From Acidobacteriota bacterium (GTDB taxonomy: Bacteria > Acidobacteriota > Thermoanaerobaculia > UBA5066 > Gp7-AA6): a stretch of DNA of 64,000 nt. This document shows positions 53,811 through 63,296 of the stretch, one piece after another. The stretch's first letter is position 1. Each line of letters begins with the position of its first letter. The translations under genes were made by a program, and so were the position numbers. The stretch lies in contig JBKPBH010000027.1 of the NCBI GenBank assembly GCA_046726795.1, positions 4,215-68,214 on the forward strand, written 5' to 3'. The notes beneath the pieces are model-generated. The model did no database searches. It saw only the letters and a list, made by a program, of their open reading frames with translations, and was not told the origin of the DNA.

Positions 53811-53897
53811 ATTTTGGATTCTGGATTTTGGATCTTGGATTGCGACAGGAGATCCCGGCTCAATCCAAAATCTAAAATCGAGAATCTAAGATCGTGC
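53811..53897. repeat. AT-rich stem-loop with tandem heptamer arms between exbD (3' end) and hppA (5' end)
   Basis: ttttgga ttctgga ttttgga tcttgga ...aggagatcccggc... tccaaaa tctaaaa tcgagaa tctaaga; the right arm ends at the exbD stop codon. Confidence 0.6.
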
Positions 53898-54310
53898 TAT
53901 TGGATGGGCACCGTCTCCAGCACGATCCCGATGTTCTTGGCGCCGGCGTTGCGAACAATGTCCATGACCTTGATGACCTCGCCGTAGTTGGCCGCGTCGT
54001 CTCCTGAGAAGAAAACCGTCTTGTCGCGCCGGTTCTTCAAGATGTCCCCGACCTGCTGTGCAAGCTGCTGGGGGGTCACCTGCTGCTTGTTCAGGAAGAT
54101 CTGATTCTGGGGCGTGAGCGAGACGATTACCTGGTCCACCAGGGACTGCGGCTGGTCCACCGTCGCCTTCGGCGGGACCTTCACGTCGTATCCCATCTGC
54201 AGGAGAGGCGTGATGACCATGAAGATGATCAGGAGCACGAGGACGATGTCCACGAGCGGGGTGATGTTGATGTCGCTCTTGTAGTCGCCGGATCCGCCGC
54301 CGGGAACCAT
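53897..54310 (-). CDS. exbD: Biopolymer transport protein ExbD/TolR
   Basis: SDINITPLVDIVLVLLIIFMV TM followed by a periplasmic domain. Confidence 0.85.
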   Translation of the reverse strand: MVPGGGSGDYKSDINITPLVDIVLVLLIIFMVITPLLQMGYDVKVPPKATVDQPQSLVDQVIVSLTPQNQIFLNKQQVTPQQLAQQVGDILKNRRDKTVFFSGDDAANYGEVIKVMDIVRNAGAKNIGIVLETVPIQ

Positions 54311-54371
54311 GCCGAGTTTCTCCTTGGGCGGGCGTTGCTGGTTGCGGGGACAGTCAGAATCCCTGCGAACG

Positions 54372-54809
54372 TCAGCTCTTGCCCGCTCCCTTCTGCTTCT
54401 TGTCGGCGATCAGACCGACGTTCTGGAAGCCGGCCTCCTTGGCCAACTTCATGACTTCCTTGACGTCGCCGTACTTCAGCCTCTGGTCCGCCTTGATGAT
54501 GATGTCCGCGCTGGGCGACCGCTGGTAGAGCTCGTCCAGCCGCTTCTGGACGTCGTCCTTGGAGAGCTTGTCCGCTTCGAAATAATAGGCCGGAGGCGTC
54601 GCCCATCCGACCGTGAGCAGCTTCTGACTCGCGTTCTCGGGTTTCTTGTCGGGGTTGTCGGTGGTCGGGAGCTGGACGGCGATCCCCTTCTGGAGAAGGG
54701 GCGTGACCACCATGAAAATGATCAGGAGCACGAGGCAGACGTCCACCAGAGGGGTGACGTTGATATCGCTCTGGAGCTTGTCGCGGCTGCTCGCGCCGCC
54801 CATCGCCAT
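54372..54809 (-). CDS. exbD: Biopolymer transport protein ExbD/TolR (second paralog)
   Basis: SDINVTPLVDVCLVLLIIFMV. Confidence 0.85.
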   Translation of the reverse strand: MAMGGASSRDKLQSDINVTPLVDVCLVLLIIFMVVTPLLQKGIAVQLPTTDNPDKKPENASQKLLTVGWATPPAYYFEADKLSKDDVQKRLDELYQRSPSADIIIKADQRLKYGDVKEVMKLAKEAGFQNVGLIADKKQKGAGKS

Positions 54810-54830
54810 GGCCGGTCCTCCCCGGGTCCC

Positions 54831-55535
54831 CTAAGAGGCTCGAGCGCCCAGCTTGACGCCGGCGCCGCGCCGCTTGATGAAGTAGTCGAGCAGTGTCGAG
54901 GCCGAGTTGGACATCTCGACCTGGAACCGTTCGATCTTGTTCATGAAGATGTTGAAGAGCCAGACCGCCGGGATCGCGACGAAGAGGCCCAGGGCCGTCG
55001 TGATGAGGGCCTCGGCGATGCCGGTCGACACCGCCGCGATACCACCCGAGCCGGTCAGGGCCATGCCGCGGAAGGCGTTGATGATGCCGATGACCGTTCC
55101 GAACAGCCCGATGAACGGAGCCGTCGTCCCGATCGTGGCCAGACCCGAGAGCCCCTTCTTCATGTCCGCCGTCGTGATCAGGGCCTCCCGCTCGATCGCG
55201 CGCTCGGCCGCCTCGATCGGGTCGTGGCCGGGCGTGTCGGCGGACCCGGTCGTGAGGTCGTGCTGGAACTCGTAGAGACCGGCCGAAACGACGCGGGCCA
55301 GGTGGCTGTTCTTGAAGCGCTTCGAGGAGTCGATCGCCTCCTGGAGCTTGTCCTGCTTCAGGTAGCCCGTCACGAGCGTCGCGAACTGGAGCGACTGCTT
55401 CTTGGCCTTGCCGTAGTAGATGAACCTCTCGACGGCCACCGTCAGCGAATAGATGGACATCAAGATGAGCAGGATGCAGACGCCCTTGGCCAGAGGCGTC
55501 ATCGAATTCCAGAGATCCACAGGGTTAAAACTCAT
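54831..55535 (-). CDS. exbB: MotA/TolQ/ExbB proton channel
   Basis: Trimmed to MSFNPVDLW; three TM helices, GTVIGIINAF motif; SD aaggag. Confidence 0.85.
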   Translation of the reverse strand: MSFNPVDLWNSMTPLAKGVCILLILMSIYSLTVAVERFIYYGKAKKQSLQFATLVTGYLKQDKLQEAIDSSKRFKNSHLARVVSAGLYEFQHDLTTGSADTPGHDPIEAAERAIEREALITTADMKKGLSGLATIGTTAPFIGLFGTVIGIINAFRGMALTGSGGIAAVSTGIAEALITTALGLFVAIPAVWLFNIFMNKIERFQVEMSNSASTLLDYFIKRRGAGVKLGARAS

Positions 55536-55621
55536 GAAGCGCTCCTTCTCGTTCTCCTTGTTCTCAAGCCGTCCAGGCTTCCGGGCTCCATCTCCCCGGC
55601 GACCCGGCAACCCCCCTCATC

Positions 55622-56356
55622 CTAGTGCAAGTTGAACGTCACGGTCACGGTCAGGTACACGCGCACCGCCCTCCCGTTGAGGGTGGCGGGCTTGTATCTC
55701 CATTGCTGCACCGCGCGGACCGCGGAGGCATCCAGCAGCGGATTGACGGACTTCAAGACCTTCACGTCCTCGACGCTGCCGGAAGCCGTGATGATGGCCT
55801 CCAGGATGACGACGCCTTCCATCCGGGCCTTGCGCGCCGCCTCGGGATAGGTCGGCTCGACGCGGTTGGTCAGGACGGGGGCCTTGACCTCGCCTCCGAC
55901 TCGAAGCGGCTCGCCTTCGCCCGTGCCGGGTCCCGTGCCGCCCGGCACTCCGCCCAGGACGCCGCCCGGCACCCCGCCTTCGACGCCGCCCGGGACGCCG
56001 CCTTCCACCCCGGCCGGCGCCTCCGGCTCGGGCGCGGAGAGCGGCTTGGGGATGTTCTCGGGAATGATGGTCGGCGCCACCATCTCCGTCGGCCGGACCG
56101 GCACCTGCTTCTGGACCTCGGGCGCCTTGGGCTTGGGCGCCGGGGCAGCCGCCGGGGGCGGGGGGGGTGGGGGGGGGGCCGAGGCGTAGAAGGTGACCGG
56201 AATCGGAGGCTCCGGCACGTCTTCGACGAACCAGATCGAGGCGCCGAGCGCGATGCCGATGACGATCGCGTGGATGGCGATCGACACGGGCAGGGTCACG
56301 GCCTTGCGCGAATCCCCCTTGTGAGGAGCCGATTCGATCAGCGACTCTTCGAACAT
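55622..56356 (-). CDS. tonB: Energy transducer TonB
   Basis: N-terminal TM, Pro-rich spacer (PPPPPPPPAAAPAPKPKAPE) and TonB C-terminal domain. Confidence 0.8.
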   Translation of the reverse strand: MFEESLIESAPHKGDSRKAVTLPVSIAIHAIVIGIALGASIWFVEDVPEPPIPVTFYASAPPPPPPPPAAAPAPKPKAPEVQKQVPVRPTEMVAPTIIPENIPKPLSAPEPEAPAGVEGGVPGGVEGGVPGGVLGGVPGGTGPGTGEGEPLRVGGEVKAPVLTNRVEPTYPEAARKARMEGVVILEAIITASGSVEDVKVLKSVNPLLDASAVRAVQQWRYKPATLNGRAVRVYLTVTVTFNLH

Positions 56357-56385
56357 GCTTGTCCTCCAGACCCCTCAGGACACCG

Positions 56386-57219
56386 TTACTTCTTAGCCGG
56401 TTCCGGCGTCGGAGTCGTGGCGAGACTCTTCTTACGCAATTCGAGTGCCTGCTCGCGGTACTTGTCGGCGGTCGCGATGTCCTCCTGCTTCTTGGCGTCG
56501 TCGGTCTCGATCTTTGCCCGCTCGCGGTAGAGCAGGTTCATGTACGTCAGGGCGTCGAAGTTGTCCGGCTTGATCTTCAGGGCAGTCTGCAGGGCGTTCA
56601 TGCCTTCGTCGATGATCTTGGCGCGCGTGGCCGGGTCGATCTCGGGGAAGTGATAGGAGCGGTCCCAGGCCTGAACTCCCACCATGACGTAGGGCTCGGG
56701 GTTGTTGGGCTCCAGGGCCGCCCGCTTCTTCTCCCACTCGAGGCCCTGGTTGAAGTCCCCCTTCTTGAAGTACATGGCCGCGACCGACGTCATGGCCTTG
56801 ACGTCGTTGGGGTCCTTCTTCAGGAGGTCCTGGTAGAAGAGGATGGCATCGTCGTAGCGGTCGATCGCCAGGTACATGGAGACAAGGAACTCCCGGACCT
56901 TCTTGTCAGTGGGGTAGTCTTTGAGGTACGTCTGCAGCTCCTGGATCGCCTTGTTAGCGAACTCGAGGTCCTTGGGGTGCCTGGACCCGGGCTGGTACAG
57001 GGCCATGTAGGTCTCGCCAATGAACTTGTGGAGCTTCGTCTCGCCCGGGTCCAAACGCAGCGCCTCCTGGTAGTTGGCCAGCGCGGCCTGATACTGCGTC
57101 GCCTTGAAGAACTCGTTGCCCTTCTTGATCTCCTGCCGGGCCTTGATCTTGTTGCAGCCCGACAGCCCCGCAGCCGCCATCAGAAGAATGGCCGCCGCGG
57201 CCAGACGTGGACTCCGCAT
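56386..57219 (-). CDS. TPR-repeat lipoprotein, first gene of the exbBD-tonB operon
   Basis: Lipobox LSGC followed by TPR repeats. Confidence 0.7.
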   Translation of the reverse strand: MRSPRLAAAAILLMAAAGLSGCNKIKARQEIKKGNEFFKATQYQAALANYQEALRLDPGETKLHKFIGETYMALYQPGSRHPKDLEFANKAIQELQTYLKDYPTDKKVREFLVSMYLAIDRYDDAILFYQDLLKKDPNDVKAMTSVAAMYFKKGDFNQGLEWEKKRAALEPNNPEPYVMVGVQAWDRSYHFPEIDPATRAKIIDEGMNALQTALKIKPDNFDALTYMNLLYRERAKIETDDAKKQEDIATADKYREQALELRKKSLATTPTPEPAKK

Positions 57220-57424
57220 TCTTCGGTTGCTCCTTCTCTCGTGTTGTCAACCGGGAGGCCCGTCCCGGAGGGCGGAATTCTGTTGAATTCTCTCCGACAA
57301 AGCAACAGTGTTTTTCGAGACATCCGGGTGCTTCTGGCCGGTCGCCGGAGGCGGCCCGATCGTCGCAGGAAACGCGGGGAATATTCCGGCGCGGCAGGAG
57401 TTTGCGTTGACTTCAGGAGGACTC

Positions 57425-59131
57425 TTGAAAAGACCCCGACTCCTTGCCGCGGCGCTCCTGTTCGCGGCGCCGCTCCTGGCCCAGAAACCCCCCGAGCCGG
57501 CCCAGAAGCCCCCCTCGTCCGCGGACAAGCCGCTGCCGCCCGTCAGCGAGAGGGTCGAGGTCGCGGTCACCAACGTCGAGGTCGTCGTCACCGACTCGAA
57601 GGGGAAACGAGTCCCTGGCCTGACCCGCGATGACTTCGAGGTCTGGCAGGACGGCACGCCGCAGAAGATCACGAACTTCTACGCGGTGTCGGGAGGCAAG
57701 GTCCTCCTCGACGATGGCAAAGTCGTCGCCCTGGATTCCCCGGCGGCCTCCGCGGAGATCCCGGTCGACCTGAAGGCCCGCTACATCCTCTTCATCGACA
57801 ACCTGAACATCCAGCCCCAGAACCGCAACCGGATGTTCAAGCGTCTCGAGGAGTTCGTGCAGCAGACGATCGGCCCGCGCGCCGAGGCGATGGTCGTGAC
57901 CTACAACCGATCCCTGAAGACCCGGCGCAAGTTCACCTCCGAGCCGAGCGAGGTCGTGGCCGCGCTCGACGAGATCGAGAAGGAGACGGGCGGCGGCACC
58001 ACGCTCGTCTCCGAGCGGCGCGACGCCCTCCACCAGATCGACGAGTCGACCAACGCCGGCTCCGCTTTGACCATCGCGCGCAGCTACAGCCGCTCGCTGC
58101 GCAACGATCTCCTGTTCCTCGTGGACGCGTTGAAGAACACGATGAACAGCCTTGCGGGAATCGAGGGGCGCAAGATCCTGGTCTACGTCTCCGAGGGGAT
58201 TCCCTCGACGGCCGGGCTCGAGCTCTTCGATCAGATCCAGCGGAAGTTCCGGGACCAAGCCGGCACTTCGACGCTCGAGCAGTTCGAGTTCGACATGAAC
58301 GCGAAATACGCCGGCATCATCCAGTCGGCCAACGCGCAGGGGGTCACGATCTGGGCGCTCGATGCGTCGGGCCTGACGACCGAACAGCTCACCTCCGCGG
58401 AGAACCGGTCCTTCGAGACGCGCCCCAACGACTTCGTCCTGCGCCAGAACACGCAGGCGCCGCTGCAGCTCATGGCGGACCAGACCGGCGGCATGGCCGC
58501 CATCAACACCAATGACTGGAAGAAGAGCTTGGACGAGCTGTCCTCGGACTTCTCCAACTTCTACTCGATCGGCTACCGCACGACCCGCTCGGCGGTGGAC
58601 CGCCCGCACTCCGTCGAGGTGCGGGTCAAGCGCAAGGGCCTGACCGTCCGCGCGCGCAAGGGGTTCCTCGAGAAGACGGTCGAGACGAAGACAGCCGAGG
58701 GAGTCCTGGCGAGCCTCTTCTACCCGCGGGACGACAATCCTCTCGCCATCAGCGTCTCCGTCGGCGCGCAGCGCCCCTACGACCAGGAGAACTTCGCCCT
58801 ACCCGTCCGTATCGCCGTCCCGATCGGCAAGCTCGGCCTCGTGCCGACCGGCGACCACTACGAGGCGACCTTCTTCGTCTACGTGGTGGCCCGGGACAAC
58901 TCGGAAAAGCAGTCGGACCTGGCGGTCCAGCGTCAGGTTGTGACGGTCCCCGCCAAGGAGCTCGACAAGGCGCAGCGCAAGGACTGGTACTACGACTTCA
59001 CGATGACCGTGGCGCCCGGCGCCCAGCGAGTGGCTTTCGCCGTCCGGGACGGAATCTCGAACCAGGTCTCTTATTACCAGAAGAACCTGTTCATCTCGCT
59101 CCTCCCGAAGGAGACCAAAGCCAAGAGTTGA
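57425..59131 (+). CDS. Secreted von Willebrand factor A (VWA) domain protein
   Basis: SD aggagg + TTG 57425 gives signal peptide MKRPRLLAAALLFAAPLLAQ; VWA fold with MIDAS-like residues (ILFIDNLN...S..G.T). Confidence 0.7.
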   Translation: MKRPRLLAAALLFAAPLLAQKPPEPAQKPPSSADKPLPPVSERVEVAVTNVEVVVTDSKGKRVPGLTRDDFEVWQDGTPQKITNFYAVSGGKVLLDDGKVVALDSPAASAEIPVDLKARYILFIDNLNIQPQNRNRMFKRLEEFVQQTIGPRAEAMVVTYNRSLKTRRKFTSEPSEVVAALDEIEKETGGGTTLVSERRDALHQIDESTNAGSALTIARSYSRSLRNDLLFLVDALKNTMNSLAGIEGRKILVYVSEGIPSTAGLELFDQIQRKFRDQAGTSTLEQFEFDMNAKYAGIIQSANAQGVTIWALDASGLTTEQLTSAENRSFETRPNDFVLRQNTQAPLQLMADQTGGMAAINTNDWKKSLDELSSDFSNFYSIGYRTTRSAVDRPHSVEVRVKRKGLTVRARKGFLEKTVETKTAEGVLASLFYPRDDNPLAISVSVGAQRPYDQENFALPVRIAVPIGKLGLVPTGDHYEATFFVYVVARDNSEKQSDLAVQRQVVTVPAKELDKAQRKDWYYDFTMTVAPGAQRVAFAVRDGISNQVSYYQKNLFISLLPKETKAKS

Positions 59132-59206
59132 GAGTTGAGGCTTGAGAGTCGAGAAGGGAGAGGAACCCGGGAGCCCTCTCTTGACTCTCGACTCTCAACT
59201 CTGAAC
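59125..59206. repeat. Stem-loop with tandem heptamer arms spanning the VWA stop codon
   Basis: gagttga gagttga ggcttga gagtcga gaaggga gaggaac ...cccgggagcc... tcttgac tctcgac tctcaac tctgaac; the TGA at 59129-59131 lies inside the first unit. Confidence 0.6.
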
Positions 59207-59215
59207 ACTCCCGAC

Positions 59216-59911
59216 ATGGTGGACAGGCTTCCGAGCCTTCTTCTCTTCGCGAAGGCTCCCGCTCGAGGCCGCGTCAAGACGAGGCTCGTGCCGCCCCTGT
59301 CCGAGGCGCAAGCCCTCGCCCTGTATCTGGCCTTTCTCGAGGACGCGGCGACGACCTACTCGTCCCCGGGGAGGTGGCAGGCGGTTCTCGACGCCGATCC
59401 CGATCCGGACGCTCCGGCCCTGGCGGCGCTTTTTCAGGGATGCTGGCGGCGCCGCCGGCAGGCGGCCGGGGATCTCGGCGAGCGTCTGGCGGCATCCTTC
59501 GAACGCGAGTTTTCCGAAGGCGCTCCGGCCGCCGTCGCCGTGGGATCGGACCACCCGGCCTTGGAGCTCCGCCTGCTCGAGCAAGCCTTCGGCCACCTCG
59601 CCGGCGGCGACGACGCCGTCGTGATCCCGGCGGACGACGGCGGTTACTGCGCGATCGGGCTCGCGTCGCGTGCTCCCGTCCGGAAGGTCTTTTCCGGAAT
59701 CCCATGGTCGTCGTCGTCCGTCCTGAGGACGACCCGGCAGCGCTTCGAGGCCCTGGCCCTACGGGCGTCCATCCTCGAGCCGGCCTACGACGTCGACCGT
59801 CCCGAGGATCTCGACCGGCTCCGCAGGGACCTCGCGCGTCGCGACCCGGCGCGGCCAGACTATCCGCGGGCGACGGCTCGCGCGCTCGGGGTCTTTCTGG
59901 AGGCTCCGTGA
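59216..59911 (+). CDS. DUF2064 family (MobA-like nucleotidyltransferase fold) protein
   Basis: Trimmed to MVDRLPSLLLFAKAPARGRVKTRL; the upstream part of the ORF is encoded by the hairpin repeat. Confidence 0.5.
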   Translation: MVDRLPSLLLFAKAPARGRVKTRLVPPLSEAQALALYLAFLEDAATTYSSPGRWQAVLDADPDPDAPALAALFQGCWRRRRQAAGDLGERLAASFEREFSEGAPAAVAVGSDHPALELRLLEQAFGHLAGGDDAVVIPADDGGYCAIGLASRAPVRKVFSGIPWSSSSVLRTTRQRFEALALRASILEPAYDVDRPEDLDRLRRDLARRDPARPDYPRATARALGVFLEAP

Positions 59912-61452
59912 TCCCCGTCTTGGACGCGCGGCGCATGCGCGCCGCGGACGCCGCGGCGATCCGGGGCGGCATCGCCTCCGGACGGCTCATGGAAAACGCC
60001 GCCCGGGGGATTGCGGCCGAGCTCGTTCGCTCGTACCCTCAAGCCAGGACGATCGCTGTTGCCTGCGGCCCCGGAAACAACGGCGGCGATGGCCTCGCGG
60101 CCGCCCGGCTTCTCGCCGGGCGCGGCCTCTCGGTGTCCGTCTTCACGCTCGCCGACCCCGCCGCCTATCGGGGAGACGCCGCCGAGAACGCGCAGCGGGC
60201 CCGCGAGGCCGGCCTCGATCTCGTGCCCCTTTCGCGTCGAGTGGCGAGGGCCGCTTTTGGGCGAGGGCTGCGCGGGGCCGACGTCGTCGTAGACGCTCTC
60301 TTCGGAACCGGGCTGACACGACCCCTCTCCGGCGCGGCAGCCCGCGCGGTCTCCGCGATCAACGCGGCCGGTCGGCCCGTGGTCGCGGCGGATCTGCCCT
60401 CGGGACTCTCGGCCGACACGGGCAAGCTGCTCGGTCTCGCGGTCAGAGCCTCGATCACCGTGGCGTTTGCGGCCGTCAAACACGCTCACGTCTTCTGGCC
60501 GGCGCGAGGCTTCTGCGGGCGAGTCGTCGTCGAAGACATCGGGATTCCGCGGCGGGTTCTCCTGGCGCGAGCGCAGCCTCTCGCGGTGGCCGAGCCCCGC
60601 GACCTTTGCGCGTGGCTGCCTCCCCGTCCCGGCGATTCGCACAAGGCCGACTTTGGCCACCTGGCGGTCCTGGCGGGGTCGCGCGGCAAGGCGGGGGCGG
60701 CGGTGCTGACAGCCCGAGGGGCCCTCCGGGCGGGCGCGGGTCTCGTCACGGTTTTCTGTCCGGCTTCGATCGAGCCGATCGTCGTCTCCGCGCTCCCCGA
60801 GGCCATGACGCGCGCGATGCCGGAAGAGAACGGCGCTCTGGCTTCCTCGGCTGGGGAAGAGCTCCTGGAAGCGCTTGGCGGATTCGACGCGGTCGTGGCC
60901 GGTCCCGGGCTCGGCACGGCTCCGGGCACAGTCGAGGTTCTGGAAAGACTGCTGGAGGCCCCGTATTCCGTCGTGTGCGACGCGGACGCGTTGAACGCCT
61001 TCGCCGGCCGTCCCCGCGTCTTCTCCCGCCGCAGGGAAACGACCATCCTGACGCCTCACCCCGGGGAGGCGGGCCGGCTGCTCCGGATCGGCAGCTCACG
61101 CGTTCAGGAGGACCGCCTGACGGCGGGTAAGCGCCTGGCGCGGGCGAGCGGCGCGATCGTGGTCCTCAAAGGAGCCGCGACCCTGATCGTGACGCCGGCC
61201 GGCCGCGTCACGGTCAATCCGACCGGCACGCCGCTGATGGCGACCGCCGGCTCGGGGGACGTACTGGCCGGCGCCGCCGGAGCCCTCCTCGCAGCGGGAG
61301 TCGGCGCGGAGCGAGCCGCCGTCGCCGCCGCGTACCTGCACGGCCTGGCCGGAGAGCTGCTCGCCCGGACCCTCGGCGATGCCGGGCTCCTGTCCGGACA
61401 GCTCGCGGACGCGCTGCCGCTGGCGCGGCGGGCGCTGCTCGGAGCGTCATGA
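59908..61452 (+). CDS. nnr: Bifunctional NAD(P)H-hydrate epimerase/dehydratase
   Basis: YjeF-N (ACGPGNNGGDG) and YjeF-C (GHLAVLAGSRGKAGAAVL...TAGSGDVLAG); GTG 59908 overlaps the previous stop (GTGA). Confidence 0.85.
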   Translation: MIPVLDARRMRAADAAAIRGGIASGRLMENAARGIAAELVRSYPQARTIAVACGPGNNGGDGLAAARLLAGRGLSVSVFTLADPAAYRGDAAENAQRAREAGLDLVPLSRRVARAAFGRGLRGADVVVDALFGTGLTRPLSGAAARAVSAINAAGRPVVAADLPSGLSADTGKLLGLAVRASITVAFAAVKHAHVFWPARGFCGRVVVEDIGIPRRVLLARAQPLAVAEPRDLCAWLPPRPGDSHKADFGHLAVLAGSRGKAGAAVLTARGALRAGAGLVTVFCPASIEPIVVSALPEAMTRAMPEENGALASSAGEELLEALGGFDAVVAGPGLGTAPGTVEVLERLLEAPYSVVCDADALNAFAGRPRVFSRRRETTILTPHPGEAGRLLRIGSSRVQEDRLTAGKRLARASGAIVVLKGAATLIVTPAGRVTVNPTGTPLMATAGSGDVLAGAAGALLAAGVGAERAAVAAAYLHGLAGELLARTLGDAGLLSGQLADALPLARRALLGAS

Positions 61453-61928
61453 GGCGTGCGGCGGGGGACGCCGCGCCATGGAATCGGGAAGAGCGCACCG
61501 AGAGCGAGCAGGAGACCGAGCGGTTCGGCGTGCGTCTGGCGGCCGCGGTCGGGCCGGGCGACGTTGTCTATCTGGTCGGCCGGCTCGGCGCGGGCAAGAC
61601 CGCTCTGGCGCGGGGGCTGGCGCGGGGTCTCGGGGCGTCCGCGGGCCAGGTCGCCTCGCCGAGCTTTGCGATCCTCCACGAGTACGCGGGGGCGTTGGGC
61701 GAAATCGTGCTGCGCCACCTGGATCTCTATCGCCTGAAAGACGAGGAAAAAGAGCTGGCGATCCTGGGGCTGCCCGGCGCGGTGTCGGACGCTCCGGTGG
61801 CCGTCGAATGGCCCGGTCAGGCGATCGGGAAGCTTCTCCCGCCGACGATCGAGGTCCGCATCGAGGTGCTCGGGGACGCCGCTCGGAAGATCGGGCTCGT
61901 CAGAAGGCGAGGATCAGCCCGCCGTTGA
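61449..61928 (+). CDS. tsaE: tRNA threonylcarbamoyladenosine biosynthesis protein TsaE
   Basis: P-loop GRLGAGKT; ATGA overlap with nnr. Confidence 0.85.
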   Translation: MRRAAGDAAPWNREERTESEQETERFGVRLAAAVGPGDVVYLVGRLGAGKTALARGLARGLGASAGQVASPSFAILHEYAGALGEIVLRHLDLYRLKDEEKELAILGLPGAVSDAPVAVEWPGQAIGKLLPPTIEVRIEVLGDAARKIGLVRRRGSARR

Positions 61929-62571
61929 TGTCCCCGTTGCCCAGCCAGTCGCTCCGGTTGCGATCGCAGCGGCGCGTCGAATCGCAGCGGTCGCCGCGCA
62001 GGAGAGTGCCGTAGTAGCGACCGTCGAAGCGGAACCCGAAGTGCGGCGTCGCGAAAGTCTTGATCCCCGCGCCGGCGCTGGCCGTGTAACACCAGTCCGC
62101 GCCAGGGTTGGAGCAGGGCTGCGGCCGGACCCTGCAGACGTCTGGGTCCAGGCGCGCGGCTCCCATCCCGAACGTCACGTAGGGGACGACGCGCCGGTGG
62201 CCGAAGTTGAAGGTCATGTAGCCCAGGGTGTAGTCGATCGTCAGGTCTCCCAGGCGGCCGCGGGACGACTCGAAGAGCACGTCGCCGCCCGGGCTCTCGA
62301 AGTGGGTCTCGGTCCGGGAGAATTGCGCCTCGGCCTCGAAGGTGCTGGTGATGTTCCATCCGATGCGGCCGCCGTAGGTCACGCGGTCTTCCACATCCAC
62401 CTTGCTCGTGAAGAGCCCGTTGCTTCCCGCCGGGAAGCGTCCGCCGAAGAGATATCCCCCGAAGGGATTGATTTCCACGGTGCCGGAACGGATCTGAGCC
62501 AGAGAGACGCGAGCGAAGAGAGGAGAGAAGAGGACGAACAGCCCGAGCAGCGCGATCTGGGATTTCCTCAT
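61900..62571 (-). CDS. Outer-membrane beta-barrel protein (OmpW/OmpA-like)
   Basis: Signal peptide, alternating beta-strand pattern, C-terminal ...GGLILAF ending in F. Confidence 0.6.
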   Translation of the reverse strand: MRKSQIALLGLFVLFSPLFARVSLAQIRSGTVEINPFGGYLFGGRFPAGSNGLFTSKVDVEDRVTYGGRIGWNITSTFEAEAQFSRTETHFESPGGDVLFESSRGRLGDLTIDYTLGYMTFNFGHRRVVPYVTFGMGAARLDPDVCRVRPQPCSNPGADWCYTASAGAGIKTFATPHFGFRFDGRYYGTLLRGDRCDSTRRCDRNRSDWLGNGDINGGLILAF

Positions 62572-62606
62572 GGTCGGCTCCCGATGGACGAAGGAGGTGG
62601 AACGAT

Positions 62607-63104
62607 TCAGCGTGATTTCTTCTGAGGTTTCAACCGCTTTTCGATGACCTGTTTCCAGCGCTCCTCGACCTTCTCCGAATACCCCACCGCACGGTCGAGC
62701 AACAGGCGGTCCGGCCCGATGATGAATGTCGAGGGGATGCCCATGGCCGTCATCTGGCCGGCGTCCTCGGGCGACGCGAAGTAGATCGGAAGGGAGATGT
62801 TGTACCTCTTCTTGAAGGGCTCGATCTTGTTGCGGTCGGCATCGACATTGACGGCGAGCACCACGAAGTTGCGATCGCTATACCTGTCATACATCTTCTG
62901 AACGATCGGCAGCTCCATTCGGCACGGGCCGCACCAGGTGGCCCAGACGTTCAAGAGGACGACGTTGCCCCTCAGCTGGGAGAGACGGATCGAGCCGCCG
63001 TCGGCTCCGGCCAGCTCCAGGTCGGGGAAGATCGGGAGAGGGTCTTCGGCGATCGCTACGCCCGCGGCGACGAGCAGACAAAGGCTCAAGAACCACGAAC
63101 GCAT
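62607..63104 (-). CDS. TlpA-like thiol:disulfide oxidoreductase (thioredoxin fold)
   Basis: Trimmed to MRSWFLSLCLLVAAGVAIA; WATWCGPC active site. Confidence 0.75.
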   Translation of the reverse strand: MRSWFLSLCLLVAAGVAIAEDPLPIFPDLELAGADGGSIRLSQLRGNVVLLNVWATWCGPCRMELPIVQKMYDRYSDRNFVVLAVNVDADRNKIEPFKKRYNISLPIYFASPEDAGQMTAMGIPSTFIIGPDRLLLDRAVGYSEKVEERWKQVIEKRLKPQKKSR

Positions 63105-63296
63105 CAAACCGCGCAAACGGCCCTCCAGAAAAGAATATTCCGCCTTTCCCGCGTTTCGATCAAGGATCGCGTCGCAGGCGGTCTTACTCGTTTGACTCCG
63201 GGCGTCAGCGATGCTCTTGGCCCGGTCTTGAATTCTCTCGGCAGCCTGTTCGTGAAAGCATCGCCACGGCCGAAAGCCGTGATAGAAGGCTCGCCG

